Assembly: GCF_000400465.1 (NCBI RefSeq)
Contig: NW_008806276.1
Span: 144,001-268,000 of the forward strand
Direction: 5' to 3'
Length of the DNA stretch: 124,000 bases
DNA from: Wallemia ichthyophaga EXF-994
Taxonomy: Eukaryota; Fungi; Basidiomycota
Of the stretch, positions 49,311 through 62,922 are shown one piece after another. Each line of letters begins with the position of its first letter. Position 1 is the first letter of the stretch. The notes below the pieces were generated by a model that worked only from the letters and a program-made list of their open reading frames with translations, was not told where the DNA came from and did not search any database. Position numbers and translations under genes: made by a program.

Positions 49311-50306
49311 TTTTCACCACGAAAAGTCCTTTTTCTGGCAGAAGCTGATGTTATTTTGCTCTTCGGTCTGACGAAGCACCACAGAGCATCACAGATGAAT
49401 ACAATAGATCCGCTCCTCTTTGTTACGAATGTGTTCATATTCCATTATTGCCGCAAAATCTACTATTCAAAAATGATGAAAATGTCATCCAACCTTATTG
49501 AGGATACAGTAAAAAGAGCAAGGCTTTCGCTTAAGTGGCAATCTTGGAAGAATTAATTGGTAGGTAGTATCAGCTGGATACGGAGAGCTGTAATCGTATG
49601 TCGGTACAGTGGCAGTGGAGAAAGAATCGATCACTCTACTATCCGAATTCAAACTAACTACAAAAATCACCATCAAATTACCTTTTCGAGATACTTTGAT
49701 TATCGGGCTGGTGGCCATAAGTGAGCTCTGAACGGTACAAAAGCAAAATAGGCTCTGAGAAAATGTACACTAATATTAAGGCATGAATGTTACTGATAAA
49801 TATGCAAGTTAATCTAGACCGCTAGTAAAATTTGTAACAAATAATTGCTGGATTGTTTAACTTAACAGAGTCTAATTAGAGGGTACTCGAGATATCGGAA
49901 ATTCCCGCAATAGTCTAATATGAAATCAATTCCCACCAATCGCCTACTTCCTCATTTCTAATCCCGCACAGGCACATATCACTGATAGTAGATGGTTCCT
50001 AGTCAAAACGGAGAGAAGCCACGCTACAAATTTGTAATCCTCAGGCCGAATTAAGAGTATAACAACTAATGTATAAAAATAAGTACATGATACCTAAATC
50101 CCAATCTGAAAATCTATTGCAAAAAAATTGATTTTATCCATGAACTAAATCCAGTTCAACTGATCCATCCATCCATAATTCTAATTAATGTGTTGTTTTG
50201 TAATTGCTATCGTTGCGTGTCATGATATACTGTGTATAAGGTTGTTTAGGGGTGTGTAGATTGTGTAAGGATGTCTAAAGTGTGCTAGTATGCGCACTAA
50301 TATCAT

Positions 50307-51909
50307 CTATACTGCGCAAGAGAATGGATGGTCGAATGTGCCATTTTCATAACCAGCCTTGATATTCTCAACTGCTGAGTAGATGCCGAGCGGGGTGATG
50401 ACCGCACTGAAGGCGATGCAGAGACATGCGAGTGCGATGAATGGTGAGCGCTTCAATGTGAATACGTGCTTCCAGGAAGGCTCGCTGGTGCGATAAAGGT
50501 GAAGAATACAGACACCTGGCAAACCGAGAGCGAACCAAACACTGAAGATTGAGCTGATGATAGAAAGCATTTCACTGAAGAATGGAATGAGGTTTGCAAT
50601 GACCCATCCAAATATCCAGAATGAACCGACAATACCCATCCAGGCGAAACGCATCCTCCACGACTTTTCAGTGAGACGCTCAGAGTGTCTGAAAGCCTGG
50701 ACGTAGACAAGCTTGGCACCGGCAGCAACTGGGACAACACCGGCGACGAAAATTGAAATAAGGGCGATGGCATAGGCCGTAATCATGACAGGACGAGCTG
50801 TCATGGTGAGAGAAGGTGATGTAACATATTGACCACCGAATGAGTAGATTGTAGCGCCTACTATGGTGTAGAAGGTGATAGAGAGGACTTGGACGATACC
50901 CAAACTCTTCTTGAAGTCGTCTGGTCTCTTCATTTCACTGACGACAGTGAGGACGATTGCTTGACCACCCCAACCGAAAATGATGTTTGTGAGAGCGCTA
51001 ATAGTACCGATAAGACCATGGTTTTCGAAAGCGTACCAATGGATGGGCTCATCACCTGGTGAGACAAGTCTGCTATCGTCTTGGACACCAGTTGCGATAA
51101 TAGTGATGAAGGAGGCAGTGAGAATTGCGGTAACAGATGCAATTGAGAGGAAGGTCAATTTCTCCAATCTACGCGATAGCGACATGAGGAAGGAGACAAC
51201 CGCCATAACGACTGTCCATACGATACTGCAAACGAGGTCGTTGTTGCCAATCATCTTTCTAAATGCGATACCACCGGAGAGGACGTGGCTAGCTGCCATG
51301 AAAACGGACTTCAAAACGAGACCATATCCAAATATGATTCCACCAACTTCACCAAACATAATTCTACCAGCATCACCGTAGTTCATACAACCAGGATACT
51401 TCTTCTTGAACTCAACCAGCCAGATACCAGTCAACCAGCACAACATCCCGAGGAAGAAGGTAGTGAAAACACCACCGAACATACCCATTTTGTGGAAGTT
51501 TGATGGGAATGAAAGGATACCAAGAGCGACTTGCTCACAAGTAATCAATAAACCTGCACTGATCCAGCCCATGTTGCGGAAATTGACCGCACCTTCTTTG
51601 TGTTCTGCTTGAGCAGAGAATGGGTCGACTGTGAGGGTATTGTTAGGTGGAGTAAACAAGGCGTAAAGCAAACTCACCAGTAGCGTCGACTTCTTCAACA
51701 GGATCCAAAGTTGCTCTGAAATGAGGCTCTTGCTTTTCGGCTTCTTGGTCTGTCTTCGACATGCTGCCGATGCTTGATGTTCTTTCGAAGCTGTTGTGCT
51801 TTTCGTCGCTCACTAAGGCAGAGTTAGATCAGTGCATCAAGTTTGACTGGCTGAGGAGTGGCTGGCAATCTTATCTTAACAAGAGAAAGACAAGGCACTA
51901 GACACTCAT
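50307..51909 (-). CDS. Neutral amino-acid permease (Aa_trans / Mtr-like)
   Basis: About 11 TM segments; VALGILSFP, EMKRPDDFKKSL. Confidence 0.88.
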
Positions 51910-52325
51910 AGCAATGTCTTTTGGTTATACTCACTTTTATGTGATTGTTAAAGATGAAGAAGACGGATTGAGGGAAATATAAAGGCGCGTTATCAGGTGC
52001 AAGGTGGGGAGAAAATTCTCAAAATTTAAGCGAGGATCACTTGCGAGCTGACGTTGTTCCTAGTTTCAGCTCGGGTTTAATGAGCCACTAAGATTATTGC
52101 AAGAAGTAACGCGCTAGATAGTTTGAATATTTCTATCGATTTTCGTCTCCGCTTTTGGTTGTACACAATTCTGCAATTGTCTCAAAGCGGCTACAATCCC
52201 GATTAGGGAGGAATAAAGGGTGATAGGTGTGACAAGGATATTAATAGTGTTTTGTTTTCATAATTGTAGTACAAAATTGTAAAAACCTTACATTTCAGAC
52301 TTGCTCCTCCTTGCTTATTTCGAAG

Positions 52326-54203
52326 ATGCTGCGAGTGAGTTACCGGTTCGCGGGGAGATTCCAAAACTTAGATAATTACAAGGTTGCTGTAGAAGGCTGT
52401 GCCCATGGTCTGTATCTCAGACTGTAGTCTCTGTCTCCCCCTCATACGCACCACAGGATCACTCGATATTATTTACCGCGCGATCGCTGAGAATGACAGG
52501 ATTAGCGGACACAAGACACGATTACTCCTCATTTGCGGAGACTTTCAGGTGTGCTATATTAAGCCCGCACATCTGACTTGCATCTGACGCCTCGCTTCTG
52601 CGGTTCAGGCTTTGAGGAATCACTCTGACTTCAACACGCTTGCTGTCCCGCAAAAATACAAGCAGCTGGGTGATTTTTACAATTATTACAGTGGCAAGAA
52701 AACTGCGCCTATCCTGACCATCTGTATCGGTGGAAACCACGAGGCCAGCTCGTACTTCTGGGAGTTGTGAGTTTTCTCGTGGAAGTATTAATTACTCGGA
52801 TTAATGCTCCCAGATACCACGGCGGATGGCTAGCTCCAAATATCTACTATCTAGGTCGCTCTGGCTCTGTAATGGTCGATGGCGTCCGCATTTCTGGCGC
52901 TAGCTGCATCTACAAGCCAAAAGACTTCATAAAGGGTGAATGGATTTTCATTATGACTACACATCTAACAACTCTATAGGATACTTTGAGAAAATCCCTT
53001 ACAACAACTACACCCTGAGATCAACCTATCACATACGTCAGTTTGATGTTTCGAGGTTACTGCATGTGGGTACAGTCAATTTTCTTGCCATACTTCTCAT
53101 CTCAAGACAGCTACCTAAACCAGACATCTTCCTCTCTCACGACTGGCCTCTTTCGATAGAAAGATACGGCGATACGAACGGCCTTATACGTAAAAAGCCT
53201 TTCTTCAAGGATGAGGTGGGTAAATTTTGCTACAGCAGTATCTCCCACTTATTTCGAAATTTCAGATCTCTAAAAATGAGCTCGGTTCACCACCTCTTCT
53301 CACCCTCCTCCAGAATCTCAGACCTAGGCAGTGGTTTTCGGCGCATTTGCACGTATACTTCAAAGCCAAGTGGCTGTCAGTGGCACAAAGTAGCAGCAGC
53401 GGCAAGCGTATATCTTCATCTCCTCACGCAAAGCAACCGTCTAAGCGTCTCAAGATTGTTGAAGACCCAACTGAATCTAATACTAATCCAGATGAGATAG
53501 CAATAGAAGACGATGTTGATGATCGGCCAGCTGAAGGGGCGAATGAATCAAAAGATAGACAGAAACACGACAGCAATCCCGAAGAGATCGCTATAGAAGA
53601 CGAGGAAGGGGATGAAAATGGTATAGAGCAAGTAGACGATATTAGCAGCGCACCTCAACCATCCGATGAAGAGGTCACATATTTCACAGCACTCGACAAG
53701 AGTCTTCCAAATCGCAAATTCTTAGAGGCAGGTATTTGTACAAAGTTTTGCAGTCCTAATTTTAACATATCCATAACAGTTTATCAATATAGAGACAGAC
53801 GACAGAAACGCCAGTCACAGGCCTTTTTTTACATTCGATCCCTATTGGTTAGCTATCACGCGCGCCTACCACCCCTTCATGTCTACACAAGACTCGCAGA
53901 CACTGCCATTAGAGGAGGAAGCCAAGCGCGAGATAGATGTGCAGCTGCAGTGGGCAAAGGAGTATTTGAGCAATGTGGAAGTGGAGAGTGTGCAGCAATT
54001 CGTTAAGACTGCGCCAGGTGATGGTGATAGAGGATTCACATTCAAAGGACAACGTAGGTGTAATTTTTTTAGTACGTATCTCTGACCGGCTACATGCAGC
54101 TCACACATACACTAATCCCCAGACTGAGGCTTTCTGTCAAATGCTAGATATACCGAACTTTGTTAATCCTCAGCCGTGTGAAGGAATGCATCATGACTTA
54201 TAA
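52326..54203 (+). CDS. DBR1: Lariat debranching enzyme, multi-exon
   Basis: [40 protein letters not shown]. Confidence 0.92.
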
Positions 54204-54594
54204 TGCAAATGCGACAAAGGATAAGATACACAGATGCATTCGAAAGAGTATGATGAAGGACAAGCCGGGCTAGAAGAGCAAAGAACGCAGCCAATAGGAA
54301 ATACAATGTCAGTTGATTAGTATTTATTGTACATAATATGAAGATAATAACATGGTATAAAGCATGCGCTTCTTGAGTGGGTTATTTGCCGGGTGTCTCG
54401 CCGGGTGTCTAAGTGTCAATACGATTCCGAGACAAATTGCCAGAAATGTTAACTTAGTCTCGTAAGTCATTCGAGGCATCGGATAAATTCTTAGGCCATC
54501 AGGATACGTTAATAATTGATTGGCGCCTACCTCTTTTGTCTCAGCGTCTGAGTCGTCGACGTCATGCAATGTTTTATGACGCACAAGAATGAAT

Positions 54595-54855
54595 AGACAC
54601 ATGATTTCATTAGTAGGACTGAGGGGATAAACGTAAAGCAATAAGAAAAAGATTCAGCGAGTTATTCAACAAAGGAAAAATATCATAAGAAACACCAAAA
54701 AAGATTGGTTGTAGATTACCACTACTTCAGACGGGGCTCGAACCCGCAACCTTTGGATGGCTAGTTCAACTCGGTTTGAACCCTTCGATGATACTAGAAG
54801 TCCAATACTCTACCATTGAGCCACTGAAGCGCCCGTTGCGCTAATCGGTTGTTGA
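54595..54855. repeat. Inverted repeat copy A (partner 68114-68375)
   Basis: About 260 bp, near-identical reverse complement including tRNA and flanks. Confidence 0.9.
54723..54830 (-). tRNA. tRNA-Arg(TCT) with 36-nt intron, copy 1
   Basis: GCTTCAG/CTGAAGT-A acceptor, TTGGA/TCCAA stem, CT-TCT-A loop, GCGGG-TTCGAGC-CCCGT T-arm. Confidence 0.92.
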
Positions 54856-55702
54856 CACTCACGAATTTTGTTACAAAATATTTCAAACATACACAAAACC
54901 TGAAATGCAGAAACATCATCATCTTTTTTTGAAGCATTTATGGACAAATTTGGTGTTTTACACGCTTTAAAATCTAGTTATTGCGTGGTGACAGTGCTAA
55001 CACCTATTATAATGCAAAACCAAAACATATCAGCGAGAGAAGTGGGAATAAGAAACGCATCTCAAATCAATTTAAATTAATCAACTGACTAATCATTTAT
55101 TGGTGAAAGTGATAGTATCTTCACAGCTATTAGCGCTTCGAGGAGCACCTAAAATGCGTTCAAAAATACATCGCCAAGTAAAGCAAGCTCGGAAATTGTG
55201 CAAAATAACAATTGATTGTTTACTATGTCTACCGAGCTCTATCGCTTTGATTGGAATTTAGGTATGCTACAGGGATTAATGAAAAGAGTTCGCTAGAGTG
55301 CTGGAAAACTCACAGGAACTCTGTATCTATTCAGCGGCTCTGATTTCCAGGATATACCTTTTTCAACTCTTGTCATCTTGCAATCATTATCGGGAATAAA
55401 GTAAAATGGAGGGATCACTAGCAATTTTGCTAACGATAGTAGTGGTGATAACGTGAATCTAACTTCTTGCATAACTTAATTCTAACGTATTTGAAACAAG
55501 TCTGATGACGTTTGTATTCTGCGCTCTTTCTTCGTGCTTGGGGGATGGGGTACGGGCAGCTTTCACAGACACAACGCACAACAGATCAGCATATGCATAT
55601 AAGCGTGGGATTGGTCGACGCGTCAATGAATTGGAGGAAATGGAGATGGAGAGCTGGGGAAGGTGAACCCAAGAATTATATGTGCAGAATTTAAACGCTA
55701 TA

Positions 55703-57114
55703 ATCATACAAAAGCTTGAATGCCAGTTGTAGCTTTGCCAAGAATCAACGCGTGGCTATTTTAGTTGTAAATTCAGTGATACCCTAATAAATAGAACTTA
55801 TAACTCACATATCGTGTGTACCTTCGTACGTGTTTGTGACGTGCAGGTTGTTAGCAATCCGACCGACATGATACTCGTCGGCCACACCATTACCGCCAAA
55901 TATATCCATAAGCGTGCGCGTATGTTGCAAAGCCATACCGCAATTGTTGCGCTTCACGAGTGAGATCATCTCTGGGCTGTAGGTATTTGCATCCATCAGT
56001 CTTCCAACTTGCAAAGACGCGAGAAGACCCAGCGGAACTTGAGTAACTGCGTCAGCCAGTTTCTTTTGGACGAGTTGAAAAGACGCTAATGGACGATTGA
56101 ACTGCTTTCTATCGAGGGCATATTCTCTGGATTGAGCAATAACATCTTCCAATGCACCCATCACACCCCACGAGATACCGTAACGCGCTTGGTTGAGACA
56201 GCTGAATGGTCCTTTGAGACCAGAAACATTGGGCAAAATGTGTTCTGAGGACACATGTACATCATCCATATATATCGATCCTGTAAGCGAAGCTCTTAAG
56301 CCCATCTTATTCTTGATTGCAGGCGCCGTCAAACCGTCCATACCCTTCTCAAGGATAAAGCCTCTAATTTTGCCATCCCATTTACATTTCGCCCATATCA
56401 TAAACACGTCGCTAATTGGAGAGTTGGTTATCCACGTTTTGGAGCCGTTGAGTTTGTATCCATGGGGTGTTTCTTCAGCTATCGTCTCCATTCCGTTTGG
56501 ATCGCTTCCATGTTGTGGCTCTGTCAGTCCGAAACAACCTACTAGATCGCCGGATGCTAGTCCTGGAATATATTTCTCGCGTTGCGCTTCGCTACCGAAA
56601 GCGTGGATTGGATACATTGTTAAGCTCGATTGAACCGACATTGCCTGTGTGGGTAGTGTGAGAGGGTGATTTTGAACAAAGTGAGTGACAAACCGATCTA
56701 TATCCACTATCGACTCTCTCAACCTCCCTCGTGATCAAGCCGTATGCCACTTTAGAGACACCGGCACAGCCGTAACCGTCGAGAGTGGCGCCAAGGAAAC
56801 CTAACTGACCCATTTCTTTGAGTATCTGACGATCAAAGTGTTCATGTCGTGAAGCTTCGAGGATTCTAGGCGAGAGTTGTTCTTGTGCGTAGACTTTCAC
56901 GCTTTCTCTGTAGCACGTGTGAGCAGAATGCTGTGCAATCCAGCAGCACTCACTCAATTGCCAGTTCGTCTTCAGTTAGTAGCGTGTCGAGCTTGAGTGG
57001 GTCTCGGAAATCGAAATTGATGAATTTAGAAGAGGGGATGATAGTGCTAGTCGCAGAGGAATCAACTGGAGGTCTCTGCGTCGTTATAAATCTTCTGCCC
57101 AAATTTCTTAGCAT
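55703..57114 (-). CDS. Glutaryl-CoA dehydrogenase (mitochondrial acyl-CoA dehydrogenase)
   Basis: [45 protein letters not shown]. Confidence 0.9.
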
Positions 57115-57446
57115 CGCAGTGATTGAATGGTTAAAACGGGGTTGATGATAGCATCATAGCAGTTTGTCACATGGCTTCGGGTGTGCGATATTCACGGAGC
57201 ACGCTGATTATAGTTGTACTCCAAATTTAGCTCTGATCAAGCTAGCTCACATCAATGGCTTATGACTTAGATTTCAAAGTACATTGATTGGCAACGAAAA
57301 TTCAAAGATTTTAAAATTAATACAATAAGCCTCTTAATCTCCAGCTCTTGAATATCACACTGCTGGAAGAAAATTTCGTCTGCTCCCAAGAAGATTTTTG
57401 GCGTCTTCAGCTTGTTCTCCATCCATCAAACGCATATCAAAATAAA

Positions 57447-58180
57447 ATGAAGGTGAGCTAAAATATTGTCGGAGCTGATGGGATAATGTACATCACCCAC
57501 GCATTCTTCGATTTCCCCCTAAAGAACAACGCTGATGCTGTTATCATAGGTTTTCACAGTGAGTTTACTTTTGCTCAAAAGTAGTACTCCGCTTTAACAT
57601 TAATCCAGGACGTTGTCTCCGGTGATGAGCTTGCTTCAGACGCATACCCAATGAAGGAGGAAGGCCCATTCTTGACTATCGATTGCGAAGTGAGTCGATC
57701 CATCCACGTTCCATTAGCATCCGAGCTCAACGATATATTCTAGGTAATCACCGTCGGCGGTGAAGGCGCTGATATCGGTGGTGACGAAGGCGGTGTAGAC
57801 GATTCTAAGGAGCAAAAGATCAACTTGGTTCACTCTTTCGGTTTGAAACAAACTCAATTCGACAAGAAGTCATACACCGTTCACTTGAAGGTATTTTGAG
57901 ATATTTAAAAACAAAGGCATAGCTGATTGAAAATTTGCAGGACTACATGAAGAACGTCGTTGATCACTTGAAGGCCAACAACCCAGAGCGTGTTGATGGC
58001 TTCAAGGCTGAAGCTCAAGCTGGCTTGAAGGAACTCTTGTCCAAGTTTGGTGACCTCGAATTCTTCATGGGAGAGTCATTGTCTACAGATGGTCAAGTCG
58101 CTCTCCTTAACTACCGTGAAGACGGTATTACTCCTTACTTCACCTTGTGGAAGGACGGTCTCAAGGGACAAAAGATCTAG
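57447..58180 (+). CDS. TMA19: Translationally controlled tumour protein, multi-exon
   Basis: DVVSGDELASDAYP, FDKKSYTVHLK, NYREDGITPY. Confidence 0.93.
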
Positions 58181-58868
58181 AGTCCTTACTCGTATCATCT
58201 TTTCATCTTTATTCATATAAAAGTAAATTCATACATCAATTTTCTTGGGTCTTGCGAGATTTCCCTTTGTGTGTGTCTGCTTGATTCTGTTGATGATTGC
58301 AACTCTTTTGAGATTTTGGTTGACAGTTTTCTTGCTGCTGCTATTGTTGTGTGAGGTGTCTGAGACTGACATCGCAATCGTTCGTTGTGAATCGCGCTGT
58401 GAAGTAGTGAAGAATTGGTAAATATATAAATTATTGATTTAAGTTCTGTTGAGCCCTCATTGATGTACTACATAAGAACATTGAAAATTTTAGGCAAACA
58501 AGTTGCTAAAAGGAGATTCTTGTGTGAGATATTAGATAAGATCCTTAGAAGCATTGTTACAGTGTTTTATACGTTCGAAACCTTCAATTCGTAGGTCAAC
58601 TATGAATGTTTCGATAATATTACTGTGTTATGTAGAATGGAATGTATAGCGCATTCCTATGAGTGAAATCATTTAATGGAATATCCGTTGAAGAATGCCT
58701 ATGTCCATTGTTATCGCTGGGGATTGAGCAGATTAGAAGCTTAGGAGACATCCAGAGGCGAATATGCACTCACAACTACTCTCAGCCTCCCAATATAATT
58801 ATCTCCTCGCTCTCTCAAACACTTCAAAATTCTCTGTCTTCCTCCTTCACCTACCAGCAACACCGAAA

Positions 58869-60457
58869 ATGGACTACAGGAAGACGCTGCCGTTGCCGCA
58901 AACGTTTTCCCATAAAATAGGCTACTCCCAAGATTCAAAATATTTTAAAAGCTTCAAGTCAACTTTCGTCAAGGAGTTTGCGCCTATAACCAGCGTGAGC
59001 TTCTCACCAAGCACGCCGCATAGATTTGCAGTGACATCTGCCACCCGAGTACAGATATATACGCCTAGATCGCAGTCGGTGGTGAAGACGATCAGCAGAT
59101 TCAAGGATGTTGCCAGGTCTGGTCAGATCCGTGGTGATGGTCGATTGGTTATAGCGGGCGACGATTCTGGTTTGGTGCAGGTGCGAGAAGATTGCGCGTA
59201 TTAATTACTCAGCTAATGCTCTACTTGCAGGTATTCGATATAAACTCCCGCGCTATCCTTCGTACATTCGACGACCACAAGCAGCCCGTCCATGTTACAG
59301 CTTTCCATCCTACAGAACAAACCAAAGTTCTTTCAGCTAGCGATGACTGTAGCGTGATACTACACGATATACCAACTCAGACTGCGCTTCATAAATTTGA
59401 CGAGCATTCTGATTACGTTAGGACAGCCAATTTCTCACCTTCTTCTCCTTATCTACTTGTTTCAGGATCTTACGATCACACGGTCAAACTTTGGGACACA
59501 AGAATGCAGCAGTCGGCCATGACCATGTCGACTGGTGGCTTACCAGTCGAATCCACATGTTACTTACCTGGCGCAGAGTCCATTGCGTCTAGCTCCGGTC
59601 CTATTGTGCGTATCTGGGATATCATGGCAGGTGGCAGATGCAGGAAAGCGTTCAGTAATCACCAGAAGGCTGTCACATCGCTATGTGTTGATGGTGATGA
59701 GAAGCGTTTGCTGACTGGTAGCTTAGACCAGATGGTGAAAGTGTACGATTTGGAGAGTCTCAACGTTACGCATACGATGCGTTTCCCTGCTCCTGTATTG
59801 TCAATAGCTATGTCGCCGGATAACATTAATCTCGCAGCTGGATTGTCGGACGGTACGCTTGCTATTCGTAGACGTCAAGCTAAGGGTGTAGAAGTCGCTG
59901 AAAAGATTGCTGAGAAGGAGGCTATGAAATCTGGTTTGTATGAGTACATGCAGGAAGCGCAAACTGTAAAACCCGTAACGCAAACCAGCGTCAAATCAGA
60001 GGGTAATCTTGCACACGACGAGTTTAAGATAGAACCAATTAGAAGATTAAAATTGAAAGAGTTTGACAAATATCTCAAGAAGTTCCAATATTCTGAAGCT
60101 TTAGATGTGACGCTAGCGAAGAAAGCTGCGCCTACAACCTTATTTGCGTTGTTACTCGAGTTGATCAATAGGAATGGATTGAAACAGGCTGTATCTGGAC
60201 GCGACGATATTGGTCTTGAGCCACTTGTTTCTACACTAGTTAAATGGATAGTCGATCCACGGTTCACTGATATAGCTGTAGTTGTCGCATCTACTATTAT
60301 AGACATATATGGAGACGTAGCTGGACAATCTGAGCTTATTGACAATCTTCTCAACAAACTGCGCAAGAAGGTTGACGACGAAATCAACGTACAGACGGAT
60401 TTCATGAATGCTAGAGGTGCTTTGGATATGATATTTGCACAATCAACACTTAGATAG
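58869..60457 (+). CDS. UTP15: SSU processome WD40 protein
   Basis: WD repeats plus UTP15 C-terminal domain (ALSGRDD..LEP). Confidence 0.9.
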
Positions 60458-60497
60458 ATTTGATCATAATTTATTGTAATTTATATATACAAACACT

Positions 60498-62340
60498 TTA
60501 CAAACTACTCACATATTCGATGAGATGTTCCACAATTTCACGTTGTGTGGGTGATCCATCGTTATTTGAAGGTTGTTCGCCCATGTTATCAGCGTACTCA
60601 TGTAGAATAGATGTAACATCCTTGAATGACACTCCGCGACGGTTGAGGAGCAACTCAGTGTGGTCTTTGATTCCGTCGTCTTCCATCACTAGCCAGGCCA
60701 AAACGTAGTCTGATAGCTGCAAGGTAAACAACCCATCTTCCAATCTACCTAGGTAGGCCTCGTCTTCTTCTATATCCATCTGACTATCCTGTTCAATGCG
60801 TACTTTCACTCTACTCGCAGCGTTTTCACGAATCTCCAACAATCTATCAACTTTCTCGTAATCATTCTCGACAAACTTGGTTAACAAACGAACTCTGCCG
60901 AGTGTGTCTGATCCCAAGTTGGAAAATAATGACACTAGTATACCCAAAAGATGTTCTTCCTGTTCTTGTACCGATACAGCTCCAAGTGCGCTCTTCTTAT
61001 GAGGAACTTTATTCATGAATGCACCAAATAAGCTTGTCAGCCCATTGGCTTCGATAAATGCTTCACTATTGAGTGAGCCTTCTGGTCCTGACATGGCATG
61101 ATCTAATGTCTTGATAGCGCGTGACCTTGACATCAACTTCTCCTGTGCTATCAGTACCATCAAGTCGACTCCTTCCGCATCCTTGAACTGAACCTTTGCG
61201 AGTGGTTCGGCCAGCACTGTACAGAGTGCGTTATAAGCGTTCTCCAGAAACTCCAATTCTTCAGCATCTTTGGGGTCTTTTTTCATATAGTGCTGAATTG
61301 TGTTGTGAGTGTTTTTGATGGATATTTTATATTCAACCCACCGACAACGACTGCAGAATACTATCAAGACCATCTTTTTGCTCCAACACGGCCATTCTAT
61401 TCTTAGACGAATCCTGTAGCACGATAGCTAGGATTTCTGACGCGTATTGCTTATTCTGGTCGTACTCTACACGAGTGATGCGCTTGAGCAACCAAGGTAA
61501 TATGTTGGTGGATGAAATCAGCACCTCTGCCAGCTCTGGCCTGAGTGAAATCAAATTCTCAAGTAAAGCGAGAGTATGATAAACACCCTCGACATCGCTA
61601 TCTTGATCCTCGTTCAATCTCTTCAGATTAGATACCAGTAATTCTAATATCTGAAGCTGTAGGATGGTGTCTACGAATGAGTTAAGATGAATTCTACCCT
61701 GATCAACGTCATCTACGGCATCCAAGATATCCTCATCAGTCAACTCCTCTAGCACTTCGACCACATCAAGCGAAATATCTGTATTATCATGAGATAACAA
61801 ACCAACCAGCTGCTCCGTTGCGCCAGTGTTGATAAGCTGTGGATAGGATATAGATGGATTCTGTGCGAAAGTTTTGAGTTGATGTAACGCGCTATCCAGA
61901 TCAGCCTCTGAGTCAATAAATTGATGTGGATCGTCTGGGTATTTACCTCTAAGCTGAGTATTTTTGCTAATGACTCGCTCTAATTGCTGTAGCTGCTTCT
62001 TAATTGACGCTGGTGACAGTGTCAACTCCTCGCCGCCTTTATCGGCTTTATCGAATACGTCGAGTATTGTTGACTGCTCTTCCGTCAATCCGCCACCAAA
62101 GAATCTACCGTCTTCGTCGTCTTCTTCAAATTCGTCGTTGTTAGCATCAATGTACTCGACTGTATCGTCTTCATCTTCATCTGCTATCGTCACAGCTCTA
62201 CCCTTTCCTTTACCGTTGTCTGGTGCTGATTGTGCGTCATCCTGATTTTCCTGAAGCCTGACTTTCTTGATTGCTTCCTCGGATGCTGGCTCGAATCTGC
62301 GTTTATTCTTACCCGAAGGTAGTTGAGGGAGCTTGAACAT
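60498..62340 (-). CDS. Beta-catenin-like protein 1 (CTNNBL1, spliceosomal)
   Basis: KYPDDPHQFIDSEADLD, LLSHDNTDIS, EFLENAYNALC. Confidence 0.9.
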
Positions 62341-62457
62341 TTTAGAGACCTTTAATCAAATCTGTAAGTTACCGGATTCGAACCTAGGGCTCTCTAGAGA
62401 ACTCACATCCATGATGATAGTTTCGATTCAAGATAGCGTTTCTTAATCTCAGACGTC

Positions 62458-62792
62458 ATGGCGGGGGCTTCTAATCGCAAATTTCAAGATAAATTGCAAT
62501 CGCAGGCGAAATCAAATGAGGCTGTTACAAGGTCAGTTCTTTTCCTCTACTAACTCCATTCCAGCTCACTCGGATACGTAGATCGTCCATGTCCAAGTTG
62601 ATTGCTTTCTCGCTAGCTTTGGTTTTGCTACCAATATCCGTTTACTTTGTATCGCTGAATAGAATATTCACGGGTAACTCCACATACGCTGCCATTACAG
62701 CTGCAATCACTGCCAACGTCGTCCTAATCTCTTACGTCGCTATGGCCATTTTAGAAGATGACAGCGGCATCAAGCAAAAGAAATCAGAATAG
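62458..62792 (+). CDS. VMA21: V-ATPase assembly factor
   Basis: KLIAFSLALVLLPI...AAITANVVLISYV...ED, KKSE ER-retrieval end. Confidence 0.85.
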
Positions 62793-62922
62793 TTCCAACA
62801 TTATGTATTCCTAACTTTTAATTATACATGAAACAAATGAGTGAAAATTCTTAAAAACATTAAAACCATTAAAAACATTAAACGAGTGTCATTAAAGAGC
62901 GCAAATATAATAGCGTTATCTT

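Noticed and set aside
54324-54641. Minus-strand 105-aa ORF, and a plus-strand signal-peptide-like 40-aa ORF (~54365-54520)
   Set aside because: No motifs. The plus-strand model needs a 33-nt intron, shorter than others here, and the minus ORF overlaps the repeat end.
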